Shown piece by piece: positions 19,461-28,958 of a stretch of 51,000 nucleotides of DNA (the first letter of the stretch is position 1; the number at the start of each line of letters is the position of its first letter). Position numbers and translations under genes: made by a program. This stretch comes from a virus (taxonomy: Duplodnaviria; Caudoviricetes). The notes under the pieces are model-generated. The model was not told the origin of the DNA. It did no database searches and saw nothing but the letters and a program-made list of their open reading frames with translations. The stretch covers positions 1 to 51,000 of the IMG/VR virus record IMGVR_UViG_3300020409_000025. One strand, written 5' to 3'.

Positions 19461-19725
19461 TCTTTTCCTCCAATCTTAAAATGTAAATTGCTATCATTGT
19501 ATAGTGTATAATCTTTAGTAAGTCATCAATATTCTTACCATCTTTTTTACCAAACCTCATGGCATACTTCATAATGTTGCCCATAGCAAACCCTTCGCCA
19601 TAACCAGCATCAAGTATCATGTCAGTAGCTTGATATTTTCCATGTGAATAGTGCTTATCATAAGTACCATCAACATAATGTTCTATCATTTTTAAAATAA
19701 CTTTTTCATCAAATTTATAATTCAT
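19444..19725 (-). CDS. DUF3310-like protein (T7 gp1.7-like)
   Basis: KHY...FAMGNIMKYAMRFGKKDG...DLLKIIHY. The likely start is MNYKFDE at 19725, not 19956. Confidence 0.65.
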   Translation of the reverse strand: MNYKFDEKVILKMIEHYVDGTYDKHYSHGKYQATDMILDAGYGEGFAMGNIMKYAMRFGKKDGKNIDDLLKIIHYTMIAIYILRLEEKNGKKG

Positions 19726-20158
19726 TGTCTTTCCATTCATCAGGTAAATTGCCTTCATAAAACCAACGGAAGTCATTAGCCTCTGCCCATTCAGCATGAG
19801 TTCTTTTAGTTCCGTCTCTTCTTTTTTTAGCTTGAGGCATGGGAGCATAAGGTTTTTGAAAAAAGAAAACCAATTCAACATTGTCAGGTAAAGCATCACG
19901 AATGTGAATGTATTTACTGTACTCTGCATAATCCCAAAATCTGCCCTTAGCTTCAATTAAGATAATCTTTTCGTCATCAAACACTCTGACAAAATCAGGT
20001 TCGTATTTTTTAGGAATATTATAACTAACTGTATCGTAATGATGCAGCCATTTATTAAATAATCTTTGATGTATTTCGTATTCCCAATGGCTGTCATAGC
20101 CTCTAGGAATACCTGCCTCTTTCTTAGGTCTTGGTTTTCTTGGTTTTCTTCTTGCCAT
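19715..20158 (-). CDS. Endonuclease I / Holliday junction resolvase (T7 gp3-like)
   Basis: YDSHWE, YEPDF, IEAKGRF and HAEWAE motifs. Confidence 0.8.
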   Translation of the reverse strand: MARRKPRKPRPKKEAGIPRGYDSHWEYEIHQRLFNKWLHHYDTVSYNIPKKYEPDFVRVFDDEKIILIEAKGRFWDYAEYSKYIHIRDALPDNVELVFFFQKPYAPMPQAKKRRDGTKRTHAEWAEANDFRWFYEGNLPDEWKDNEL

Positions 20159-20978
20159 TTTTCTTTACGGTAGAGTCGTAGTTCTTAGCAAGTTTCCAAT
20201 ACTCTAAAATATTATTAAACATTCCTAAGTGTTTAGTGTGTGATTCTTTATCCCAAACATGATATAAAATAATTTCAGTATCTTTTCGGTCTACAAAAAT
20301 AGATATTCGTTCTGCTTTCTTAAAACCACAACCCTGAGCATAAGCTGAAAGTTGCATACCATGTTCATCATAAACTAATTTAGCAGGGTCTTTGCCTTCT
20401 AAATTATCTTTAGTTTTAAAGTCAATAAATATTCCTGATTTAGAATACAAATCAACTTTACCACCATAGCCTTGTGTAGCACAAAAAGAATCTTCTGCTA
20501 TCCAATCTTCTTTAGGAAAAGTTTCATCTAACCAATCTTTAATAATTTCGTATGGTTTAGTTTTTTCTTTACCTAAGAAACCTCTTTCAATCATGCCATG
20601 TATTTTAGTACCTCGTTCTGCAGCTTCAATACTAATCTTTTTAGAGTCGTGTTTACACCTAGCAGAAAACTCATCAAGCGATTCATTCTCGTATCTTTCT
20701 AAAGATAGTGCTGAGTTTAGAGCCTGATTTATTTTCCAGTTTTCTAAAGAGGGTTTAGCTATCATACCAATAATCGTTGTGACAGAAGGTACTAAGCCTA
20801 ATGTTTTTGCATCTCTTAATGTGGTATTTCTTTCCCTACCATTAGCACCAATGATAGTGTACATCGGCTCTCCTTCTTGAGTGTACCAATGACCTGATTC
20901 AGACGTGAACTTATTATAGTTGTCTGGTTTGATTAAGTCAAACTCTTCTTCGTTTTTATTACTTTTTGGTATCATCAT
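20124..20978 (-). CDS. PD-(D/E)XK exonuclease (RecB/Cas4-like fold, no Fe-S cysteines)
   Basis: PSVTTII, RGTKIH, GGKVDL, IDFKTK and QLSAY motifs. Confidence 0.75.
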   Translation of the reverse strand: MMIPKSNKNEEEFDLIKPDNYNKFTSESGHWYTQEGEPMYTIIGANGRERNTTLRDAKTLGLVPSVTTIIGMIAKPSLENWKINQALNSALSLERYENESLDEFSARCKHDSKKISIEAAERGTKIHGMIERGFLGKEKTKPYEIIKDWLDETFPKEDWIAEDSFCATQGYGGKVDLYSKSGIFIDFKTKDNLEGKDPAKLVYDEHGMQLSAYAQGCGFKKAERISIFVDRKDTEIILYHVWDKESHTKHLGMFNNILEYWKLAKNYDSTVKKNGKKKTKKTKT

Positions 20979-21381
20979 CTAACTCCTTAAATGCTTTTAT
21001 TACATCTGTTGAAAATAATTTAGGTAAATTAACTAAGAACATTCTACTAGCATTATGGTCTCCACCACTTACAGTCTTGAAAGTATCTAATTTATCTACA
21101 ATCTTTTTAAGTACCTCAGTCTTAAAAACTAAAGTACAGTATTCTTCATCTCCGATACAGAGGTTGTGAAACCAATAATCTGATTCAGTAGCACGAATAC
21201 CAGAGGGTTTACCCCATGATTCATACTCAATACAAATGTTATTAGTTCCTGCCCATATATCTCTTTCTGATTTAACCTCAATCTTTTTGTTGGTTAACAT
21301 CTCTGCGATTCTATCTTCTCTGATAGAACCGTATTGTAAATCAAGGTCAAACTTCTTTCTATCTTTCTTAGTGGGTTTCAC
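20959..21381 (-). CDS. Conserved phage protein, putative PD-(D/E)XK-type nuclease
   Basis: IEVKSERD...NICIEYES...KPSGI...SDYW. Confidence 0.5.
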   Translation of the reverse strand: MKPTKKDRKKFDLDLQYGSIREDRIAEMLTNKKIEVKSERDIWAGTNNICIEYESWGKPSGIRATESDYWFHNLCIGDEEYCTLVFKTEVLKKIVDKLDTFKTVSGGDHNASRMFLVNLPKLFSTDVIKAFKELDDDTKK

Positions 21382-23098
21382 TCCAGTTCCCTCCTAGCTT
21401 GTACTCGCCAGTCAAAGCACATCTCATGCCTAACTGCTTTCCTGCTTCTTCAATACATTCAACACCCATAAGACCAGTAAATTCTGCTATGTCTTCTTTA
21501 ACTTGCATCTGCCATTCATCGTGAATGTTAGCAACAAACTTAGCATCAAGTGTATTTAATTTTATTTTATTATCAAAGATACACATAGCTTTTTTCATAG
21601 CTATCGCACCTCCACCTTGTAGTAAAGTATTTAAAGCAGCATGTTCATGCCTTACATAAATCTTTCTACCATCTAAACCTTTTAAGAATCCTCTTCTCGA
21701 AGCTTCTCGAACTCTGTTCGTAAGAGTTTCAAGTGATGGCAAGTTGGTAAGAAAACGCTTTCTAAGTCGCTTACCATCTTCTCTTTTTCCTCCAACCACT
21801 GTTCCAAGCTTTTCATCTCCAGCTCCGTAGATAAGTGCATAGATGAAAGTTTTTGCTTTATCTCTAGATTCAAGTCCTGCAAGTTCTTGATTTGTTTTGT
21901 GTATATCGCCATTAATAACCTCGTCAATATATTCTTCGTCATTCATGTAGTGGGCTAACATTCTAAGTTCTAATCCACTAGCATCAATACCTAATAATTT
22001 ATAACCTTCTGGCACAATCCAACAAGCACGACAGTCTTCTCCATACGGACTGTAAACTCCCGGGATTTGAGCCATGTTAGGATTTCTATGAGTCATCCTG
22101 CCAGTAATTGTACCGTTAGGTATTACTTTACCATGCACTCTTTCGCCTTGTAGTTCATCTATCCATGAGGAGATTTGAGCTATACGCTTTTGTAATAATA
22201 AAAACTCGGCAATGAGCCGAGCTTCTTGGATGTGTTCTATCTTTTTAAGTGTACCTTCATCAACTATAGGTTGACCCGTAGGTGTAAATCTTTCGGGTTT
22301 CCACCCAAAGTCTACTAAGTATTCACCAATTTGTTTGCGACTACCAAGATTAAACTCTTGTAATTTTCTACGCATAAATGGGTCATAGTTTTTAGTAGTT
22401 AAACACTTTTCATATTCTTCATCGGTCATGCCACGTTTAGATAACGTGCCGTCTTTCTTTATGTAGGGTGTGACAAGTTTATCATCGACCCACTTAGGTT
22501 TAAATGTTCGTTGTACTTCATCTTCTACTTCTACCATTCTAGATTTTAACTGTGCTAAAAGCATGGTAGCTTTTTCTAAATCAAATAGAAACCCAGTCTT
22601 TTCTTGTTGATTCATTATATTAGCTACTTGAGTTTCTAACTCAATACTTTCCTGACTAAAGCCTACTCCTTCTTTAAGTAAAGTGTAATAAACTTTTTCG
22701 TTAAGTAATACATCTTGTTCACAATACTCAAGCATCTGTGGTGTATAACTATCGAAGTCATCAGGTTGTTCTTGTTTATGAAAGTTAATTCTGTACCCCC
22801 AAGTTTTTAAACTGTGTCCGTTTTCTCTAACGGGTTGAAATAATCTAGACATAACTAAAGTATCAACGACTTTAGCATTTAACTTAACATCCATTATTTT
22901 TTCTATAGCAGGAATATCATAGCCAATAATATTATGTCCAATTAAAACATCAGCACTTTGTAAATACTCTACCCCATCAAGTAATTGATTAGGATTAAAA
23001 GTACGGCAAGTACCTTCATCTAAATCTTTGGCAACAATGCACCAAATCTTAGTAGGATTTAATCCATCTGCTTCAATATCAAAAACCAATTTCTTCAT
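21368..23098 (-). CDS. polA: DNA polymerase family A (T7 gp5-like) with 3'-5' exonuclease
   Basis: ExoI FDIEADG, HNIIGYD, TGRMTH, DASGLELR, AKTFIYALIYG and IHDE motifs; likely start is MKKLVFDIE at 23098. Confidence 0.95.
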   Translation of the reverse strand: MKKLVFDIEADGLNPTKIWCIVAKDLDEGTCRTFNPNQLLDGVEYLQSADVLIGHNIIGYDIPAIEKIMDVKLNAKVVDTLVMSRLFQPVRENGHSLKTWGYRINFHKQEQPDDFDSYTPQMLEYCEQDVLLNEKVYYTLLKEGVGFSQESIELETQVANIMNQQEKTGFLFDLEKATMLLAQLKSRMVEVEDEVQRTFKPKWVDDKLVTPYIKKDGTLSKRGMTDEEYEKCLTTKNYDPFMRRKLQEFNLGSRKQIGEYLVDFGWKPERFTPTGQPIVDEGTLKKIEHIQEARLIAEFLLLQKRIAQISSWIDELQGERVHGKVIPNGTITGRMTHRNPNMAQIPGVYSPYGEDCRACWIVPEGYKLLGIDASGLELRMLAHYMNDEEYIDEVINGDIHKTNQELAGLESRDKAKTFIYALIYGAGDEKLGTVVGGKREDGKRLRKRFLTNLPSLETLTNRVREASRRGFLKGLDGRKIYVRHEHAALNTLLQGGGAIAMKKAMCIFDNKIKLNTLDAKFVANIHDEWQMQVKEDIAEFTGLMGVECIEEAGKQLGMRCALTGEYKLGGNWSETH

Positions 23099-24755
23099 TG
23101 TCAAATGTGTCCTCCGCATGTACTTCAAATAATCTACCAGTTTCAGTATTATACTGTAAGGCACAAGCCAATCCAGTATCTCCAGTGTATCTAGACTTCA
23201 ATACTCTAACCTTAGTAGTATTAGCTTCTTTAGGGTCAGTAGCTTGTTGATTTCTTTCTAAAGCAATAACACAATCAGAAAGCTGTGCTATGCCTTGTGA
23301 ACCTTTAAGGTGACTCAATGATACAGTTACACCTTTTTCGTGTCCTCTGTCGCCTGTAGCTCGTCTTAAATGCGATACTAGAATCAAACCAACATTCGTT
23401 TCTTCAACTAAACTACGCAGTCTATTCATTAGGTTATCAATACCTCTTCGTTCATCGCCTTCGGTTAAGACATTGACAAGCATATGTAAGTGGTCAACCA
23501 CGACCCATTTACACTCGCAACCTACAATCATGTATCGTAGTTTCGCAAATATCTCATCAATGTCTGTCGCACCTAAATGTGAATGAATGAATACTCTATT
23601 CTTCTGTATTACCTTATCGAACAAAGCATTTAAATCTTCTTCGGAATAACTATCTCGTTTCTCATTGAGATATAGTCTATCGTTTGCTTCAATGGATATT
23701 AAACCATCTGCAGTTCTTACCCAATTTTCTTCAAGAGCAATAATACCTACATTATCTTTAGTAGTTTTAATTAGCCAATGCTCAAGCTCTCTAGTGACTG
23801 AAGACTTACCCAGTCCAGTTCCACCAGTAAGAGTCACTAACTCACCTCGTCTTAATCCATATAGTTTCTTATTAAGTCCTTCCCAAGGATAAGCAATACT
23901 TTCCTTTACTTCTCGATTAAGCCAGTCATCTTTTTTACTAGACAATTCCATAATACCTGATGGTGTATAAGTCTTAGCTTCCCACCAAGCTTTAGTAAAG
24001 CCTTGAAATTCTTTTTGTTTGAGCATGTCATTGGCATCTTTGTAGCCATTAGGTAAAGTCATTATCTTTACCTTTCCGGGTTTTAAGATACGAGCAACAT
24101 TTCTCGAAGCTTCTCTACCTGCCTTGTCATTATCAAAACAAAGCACGACATTATCAAAGCTTTCAACAAACTCTATGCTTTCTCTAATATCTTTTACTGC
24201 ACCTGCAGCACCTCGTTTAAGAGATACGACTGCCCACTTACCTTGAAAGAGTTCGTCTACTGCCATAGCATCGCACTCGCCTTCAGTAATAGTTAGGTAT
24301 TTACCTCCAGTATTTCTATATAACTGTTCGCCAAATAATCCAGTACCTTCAAATGTACCTTTAGTCGCAAAGTTTTTATCTGCAACAAATCTTGTTTTAG
24401 TTATGGCTACTTCATTGCCATTAAAGTATGGATATATATGTTGCGTTATATCTCCATTTCTATTTTTAATAACACGAACTCCAAACTTTTTAGCTGTCTC
24501 TTCAGAGATGCCTCTGTCTGTAAGTTCGCCATAGATTCCAGTATAGGATTCTAAAAATGTATTGGTTGGTTTCTGTGTTGTTTCCACTATTCTGCCCTCA
24601 CTTGCAGTTTCATAATCGGTAAAAAATGTTGAACAACTAAAGCAATAAGCCGAGTTGTCAGCATTGATTGATACGGGGTCAGAGCCACCGCACTTAGGAC
24701 AAGGTTGCCTATGCTTTACAAATTTACTCTTATCTTGATTCAATTCTATCTCCAA
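23079..24755 (-). CDS. DNA primase/helicase (T7 gp4-like)
   Basis: Zn finger CPKC...CFSC, TOPRIM EGECDA/FDND, Walker A GGTGLGKS, VVDHL, LKGSQGIAQLSD. The start may be the TTG at 24743. Confidence 0.95.
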   Translation of the reverse strand: MEIELNQDKSKFVKHRQPCPKCGGSDPVSINADNSAYCFSCSTFFTDYETASEGRIVETTQKPTNTFLESYTGIYGELTDRGISEETAKKFGVRVIKNRNGDITQHIYPYFNGNEVAITKTRFVADKNFATKGTFEGTGLFGEQLYRNTGGKYLTITEGECDAMAVDELFQGKWAVVSLKRGAAGAVKDIRESIEFVESFDNVVLCFDNDKAGREASRNVARILKPGKVKIMTLPNGYKDANDMLKQKEFQGFTKAWWEAKTYTPSGIMELSSKKDDWLNREVKESIAYPWEGLNKKLYGLRRGELVTLTGGTGLGKSSVTRELEHWLIKTTKDNVGIIALEENWVRTADGLISIEANDRLYLNEKRDSYSEEDLNALFDKVIQKNRVFIHSHLGATDIDEIFAKLRYMIVGCECKWVVVDHLHMLVNVLTEGDERRGIDNLMNRLRSLVEETNVGLILVSHLRRATGDRGHEKGVTVSLSHLKGSQGIAQLSDCVIALERNQQATDPKEANTTKVRVLKSRYTGDTGLACALQYNTETGRLFEVHAEDTFDNEEIGF

Positions 24756-24760
24756 AATGA

Positions 24761-24808
24761 TAGCTAGACTAGGAACAAATAGAGGTCCTTAAAAACCTAG
24801 TCTAGCTA
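24761..24808 (-). ncRNA. Perfect 13-bp hairpin with 22-nt anti-SD loop upstream of primase
   Basis: TAGCTAGACTAGG/CCTAGTCTAGCTA stem; transcript loop UUUUUAAGGACCUCUAUUUGUU. Confidence 0.5.
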
Positions 24809-24816
24809 AATTGTTA

Positions 24817-25089
24817 TTAACTGTCTTGTGTTTCAGTATCTGTTGGTACTTCTTCTGTTTCAGATTCCTCTACTTTAACACCAGACTTATCAGCATTAAT
24901 TACTTCTACAATTCTAGTAGAAAAATAATTAATAGCCCCTTGAGTTTCTTCAAGGTCTAAAGTCTGTGCAGCTTTCTTTTGATTTAGTCTTTGTAGTCTA
25001 CCAAAGAGTTGCTTACCTTCTTCAGGTAAATCTTCAATATAAACATTGACATCATCAATGGTAATGTAAGGTCTTTCTTGTCCTTCCAT
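24817..25089 (-). CDS. Hypothetical protein
   Basis: ORF between SSB and primase, with an acidic tail. Confidence 0.7.
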   Translation of the reverse strand: MEGQERPYITIDDVNVYIEDLPEEGKQLFGRLQRLNQKKAAQTLDLEETQGAINYFSTRIVEVINADKSGVKVEESETEEVPTDTETQDS

Positions 25090-25505
25090 TAGAATTCCTC
25101 GCCATCAGCTAATAGTTCAGCACCATCAGCGTTCTTATATTCAACAAGGTCTACAACTTGTACAGCTTGTAAGTCAAGTCCTATATAAGGACCAAATTTA
25201 CCCTCACCACTATACTCATTGTATTGAACTCTAACCTTAGAGCCATTACCAACAGCAACATTTATTTCTTGCTTGTCTTTATCTAAAAGTCTAGGTGCAG
25301 GTCTGGTTATTCCATTAGGACCATGAACCTTTCTTTTGATAACTAAAGCAGGACCTTCATCATGCTGTTTTACTTTATGACCCCTTGAAGCAAAGTCATT
25401 CGCAATCTTTTCATCAACAATTAAGTCGATAGTATAGACTGGCTCAAACTTTGTGTTTGGAGTCGTTATACTTGCCCATTTTACTGAGCCTTCTAATATA
25501 GCCAT
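25089..25505 (-). CDS. Single-stranded DNA-binding protein (T7 gp2.5-like)
   Basis: VGNGSKVRV and LQAVQVVDLVEY motifs, acidic C-terminus ending in Phe, strong GGAGGT SD. Confidence 0.8.
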   Translation of the reverse strand: MAILEGSVKWASITTPNTKFEPVYTIDLIVDEKIANDFASRGHKVKQHDEGPALVIKRKVHGPNGITRPAPRLLDKDKQEINVAVGNGSKVRVQYNEYSGEGKFGPYIGLDLQAVQVVDLVEYKNADGAELLADGEEF

Positions 25506-25667
25506 AGTGTATTACCTCCGTTTAGCTTATTAAAATTCTGTGAGAGTTTTGAGCCAACCACTCTCTGAGTTGTGGATAGTACCAAATCAAGCAACTTAAA
25601 TGGAGATAGAGAGGGCTTCTTGATTACTCGTTCCTTTAATCTATCCATTGTTAATTCGTTAGTTGTA

Positions 25668-25696
25668 ATTCTAGAGGAAAACATTTTTGCTGTCAA
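25668..25696 (-). promoter_or_regulatory. Sigma70 promoter for the replication operon
   Basis: TTGACA-17 bp-TAGAAT on the minus strand, leaving a ~155-nt leader before the SSB gene. Confidence 0.8.
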
Positions 25697-25699
25697 GCA

Positions 25700-25858
25700 T
25701 TATCTTCCTTGTCCTCGATATTTAGTTTTTTGTTGCAGTCTTTTATGTTTGTTCATGTGCTTGGTAGATTTTTTAATCTTCCTGCCACGACCTGCCATGC
25801 CTTGAGAAGTTGCCTTCTTGACATGTTTAATTAAGACTGTTTCTTTTCTCTGTGCCAT
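25700..25858 (-). CDS. Small basic protein ending YRGQGR (52 aa)
   Basis: MAQRKETVLIKHVKKATSQG...MNKHKR...KYRGQGR; a C-terminal motif recurrent in marine phage small proteins. Not in the ORF track. Confidence 0.7.
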   Translation of the reverse strand: MAQRKETVLIKHVKKATSQGMAGRGRKIKKSTKHMNKHKRLQQKTKYRGQGR

Positions 25859-26102
25859 CTAATCTGTATAGTTCCTCAATGATTAAGTGTTCGTCTTTGA
25901 TATTACCTCTAGCTTCTTTGAGAGCCATCAAGTCTCCATCAAAAGTAAATGATTCGTCTGTCTCTTTATTGACGACAGAAATAATGTCTGTCACTCCTGC
26001 CATAGAAACAAGATTATCAAACGCTTCTAGCGTAGAGTAAGCAAAAGTTTTTATTTCATCTTCTTGATTGTCTATGACAACCTTACATATATATTCATAC
26101 AT
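25827..26102 (-). CDS. Hypothetical protein
   Basis: ORF with SD in the co-oriented cluster. Confidence 0.65.
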   Translation of the reverse strand: MYEYICKVVIDNQEDEIKTFAYSTLEAFDNLVSMAGVTDIISVVNKETDESFTFDGDLMALKEARGNIKDEHLIIEELYRLDGTEKRNSLN

Positions 26103-26355
26103 TTAGTACCTCTTTTAGTTTGTTATAAGTTTTAATTTCGGGATATTTTTTTAACTGTTTCAATAGCCATCTATCTGACATAAAAACTAAGGTAATCCCT
26201 TTAATACCTTTCATATAATTATCTTCGGGTAATAATCCCTCAACATTATCAACAGTAATTTTGTCTGCTTCCTCTTGGGGTAGCAAACTCTTTAGCCATT
26301 CAACTTGAATGGGTCTAATTCTTTTCTTTAATTCTTTAAGTTTTTTCTTGTTCAA
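26095..26355 (-). CDS. Hypothetical protein
   Basis: ORF with TTG start and GGAG SD. Confidence 0.65.
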   Translation of the reverse strand: MNKKKLKELKKRIRPIQVEWLKSLLPQEEADKITVDNVEGLLPEDNYMKGIKGITLVFMSDRWLLKQLKKYPEIKTYNKLKEVLNV

Positions 26356-26648
26356 TTTCTATCACTCCATCATCAAACATATCTTGAAGAAATGTTTTAG
26401 CATTGTCTAAGATAACTGCTTTGACATAATCTTTATCCTCTGCCTCAACAGTCACGGTTTTTAATTTACCAATATAAATTACGAACTTCATATTCGTTCC
26501 TCTGGATAATAGACTTCCATGTAGATTTTTTCTACTGCATCTTTATATTCTAAATCAGATAGACTAGAAATATTTAATTGTTTTAATCTATTTTTAAATT
26601 GATAAAGTTTTGCTTTATGTTCTCTATCTACTTGCCAACTGGCAGGAC

Positions 26649-26966
26649 TCATTTATTTTCTCCTTTATTGTCTGCAATGCTTTCATAACTTTTTAAATTA
26701 TTAGGAAAGTTTAATTCCTGTTTAAGTTTTTCTAATTCTGTTTCAGTAATAAATAATTGAAAAGCAAAATTGTCTAACAACTCAGTTAAGTCTAATAAAG
26801 AATCAGTAATGTGCTTTTGATTTTGAATTAAGCCAATTATCTCAGCTTTATTTGAATTTATATTTTCATTAACTTTATTAAATGATTTTTGTAATGCAAA
26901 CATAGTTATAGTTATAAACCCTACTATAACTGCTATAGCTATCCAAGTTAAAATTTTATTATACAT
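26649..26966 (-). CDS. Membrane-anchored coiled-coil protein
   Basis: N-terminal transmembrane helix; GGAGGT SD. Confidence 0.65.
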   Translation of the reverse strand: MYNKILTWIAIAVIVGFITITMFALQKSFNKVNENINSNKAEIIGLIQNQKHITDSLLDLTELLDNFAFQLFITETELEKLKQELNFPNNLKSYESIADNKGENK

Positions 26967-27205
26967 TATTTACCTCCTTTAGTATTTTCTGTAAAGTATT
27001 TATTATATTCTAAACAAACAAAAGTTTCAGCTTTTATTCCTTCCTCTTGTTTAATATATTTTTCTAGTTTGACAATATTAGATTTTAAAAAACTAGAACA
27101 ATCTTTTAAAGTGTTAAACTTAAAATCAAATATGTAAGCATCAATAGTAAAGCCATTAAAATTACTTAGTTCTAGTATAGCTACTATTACCCATGAAGCA
27201 ATCAT
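26966..27205 (-). CDS. Small putative exported protein with two Cys
   Basis: Hydrophobic N-terminus and F..LKDC...C pattern. Confidence 0.6.
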   Translation of the reverse strand: MIASWVIVAILELSNFNGFTIDAYIFDFKFNTLKDCSSFLKSNIVKLEKYIKQEEGIKAETFVCLEYNKYFTENTKGGK

Positions 27206-27528
27206 ACTACCTCCAGTTCTTCTTGTAGTTCCTCAATAGTCTTAGGAATATTTTTATTATACCTTTTTTTGTAGAAAGATAAACCCTTATCAAGAGCTTT
27301 TCTTTTTATTTTATGTTCTGCTACATGTGTTTCCCATGTTTTAAAATCTTTTTGTCGGCAAATATCTTGCCACTTTTTGATTGAAAGTTTTCTAAAGTTT
27401 CCTTCCTTAGAAAATCTAATATAAACCCACTTGCGACCAACAGAACGAACAGTAGCTTTGCGATAGCCACAACCTTCGCCCCTCAGTCCAGTCTTTATAT
27501 CATCGTGATAAAAATAATAGTGTTCCAT
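27202..27528 (-). CDS. Hypothetical protein
   Basis: ORF in the early cluster. Confidence 0.65.
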   Translation of the reverse strand: MEHYYFYHDDIKTGLRGEGCGYRKATVRSVGRKWVYIRFSKEGNFRKLSIKKWQDICRQKDFKTWETHVAEHKIKRKALDKGLSFYKKRYNKNIPKTIEELQEELEVV

Positions 27529-27530
27529 AA

Positions 27531-27788
27531 TTACATTTTATAAAAATATACATCCCATTTTACTGCGTACTTTAGTGGGCAAAATGGAATTGTCCTGCGA
27601 TTGTAGTTAGGATTTTTTCTACCCCACCTACCTTGACACTTAACATAATGGTTAGTAATTCCTAACTTGTTAGTGTAAGCTATTGTTTTTCTTAACTTTT
27701 TTAATTCATTTAACCCTTCTGATTTATCTTTATCATTAGGATTAAATACAGTAAAAGCATAACTGTCTGTGCGATTTTTATGTTTCAT
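27531..27788 (-). CDS. Hypothetical basic protein
   Basis: ORF in the early cluster. Confidence 0.6.
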   Translation of the reverse strand: MKHKNRTDSYAFTVFNPNDKDKSEGLNELKKLRKTIAYTNKLGITNHYVKCQGRWGRKNPNYNRRTIPFCPLKYAVKWDVYFYKM

Positions 27789-28026
27789 TTATAAATACTC
27801 CATCAATTATTAAATCTGCCCAAGTTTCTATTACAACTCTTGCTCCACAAGACAAAGCAGTTTTTTCATTACCACTATAACTTACTTTGCTCTTGCCAAG
27901 TATCTCAACTTCATGACAGTAAATATTATTTTTACCTTCCTTAATAGTTATTACAGGATTGTTTTCATTATTTTTTTTGTTAGCTCTTATCACATGTTGA
28001 TTAACATGAATATATTTTTTACCCAT
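27778..28026 (-). CDS. Conserved marine phage protein (IHVNQH...LSCGARV type)
   Basis: MGKKYIHVNQHVIRAN...YCHEVEI...LSCGARVVIET; AGGAGG SD before the ATG at 28026. Confidence 0.7.
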   Translation of the reverse strand: MGKKYIHVNQHVIRANKKNNENNPVITIKEGKNNIYCHEVEILGKSKVSYSGNEKTALSCGARVVIETWADLIIDGVFINET

Positions 28027-28304
28027 CTTTTTCCTCCTTAATTTGATTATATAAATGAATACCAAATTGATAGCCACGCTTATAATAATAAAGATTATCA
28101 TGCCAGTCGCATCTATAACCTTCTAATAAAGCATCAGTAATTCCATCTTTATATGCATTTAGTTCTGCAAGTGTCATGCTTCCTCCTCATCTGGTGTTTC
28201 AAACGAATAATGAACACTATCATTACCAACTTTAATCCTGTACCAAATTACAGGACATGTATCTAGCCACTCATAAAATGAGTCTGGCATTTTTTCATCT
28301 GCTC

Positions 28305-28577
28305 TCATGCTTCCTTCTTCAAATGTTTTTTAATTAAATTTTCCATAGCCTTTCCAACTTTCATAGGTTTTTGTTTATCAATCCACTTGTGTCTATCTTT
28401 AATCTCATAGATTTCAACACCTTCAAAGCTGCTATCATCAGCTCTTCGCCACCAATCTATAACTCTCTTTTTAAAAGGGAATAACTTTACATCAGTATTA
28501 TCATACTCCACATGAACTGTACCTGCGACATAATCTTCGGCTACAGTTATTCCTTTATCTATTAGTTTAACTTCCAC
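28305..28577 (-). CDS. Hypothetical protein
   Basis: GTG start with AGGAGGT SD. Confidence 0.65.
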   Translation of the reverse strand: MEVKLIDKGITVAEDYVAGTVHVEYDNTDVKLFPFKKRVIDWWRRADDSSFEGVEIYEIKDRHKWIDKQKPMKVGKAMENLIKKHLKKEA

Positions 28578-28682
28578 TCTTTACCTCCTTTAGTTGTGAA
28601 AAATTCTTCGAGTTTTTTTTGTTCTTCCTCAGTTGGTTTGAAGTGAGGATTTAAAAAATACTCTTGCAACAATGTACCTTTT

Positions 28683-28958
28683 TTATACTCCATTTACTTC
28701 CTCCTCGTCTATTGAAAGCCAATCTTTATCATAAAAGCTTTGATGTTCTGACCACTTCCAATCAGTGCTATCTCCAGTACCACCATCTTCTTGAAAGATT
28801 GTGCCGTCTTTTAAAGTAATAAATATCCTTACCCATTTACCTACTTCTATCTTATCAATCTCTTCGATTTTAAAATTGTTTCGTTCAGCAATCTCTTCAA
28901 TATCCCATGAGATAGTGGTGTCATACTTTGCTTCTACATATCTAACTTTAGTTGTCAT
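28683..28958 (-). CDS. Hypothetical acidic protein
   Basis: GAGGAGGT SD. Confidence 0.65.
   Translation of the reverse strand: MTTKVRYVEAKYDTTISWDIEEIAERNNFKIEEIDKIEVGKWVRIFITLKDGTIFQEDGGTGDSTDWKWSEHQSFYDKDWLSIDEEEVNGV

Noticed and set aside
20124-20978. Cas4 / CRISPR-associated gene
   Set aside because: It lacks the four-Cys Fe-S motif and sits in the replication module; an ordinary phage exonuclease is more likely.
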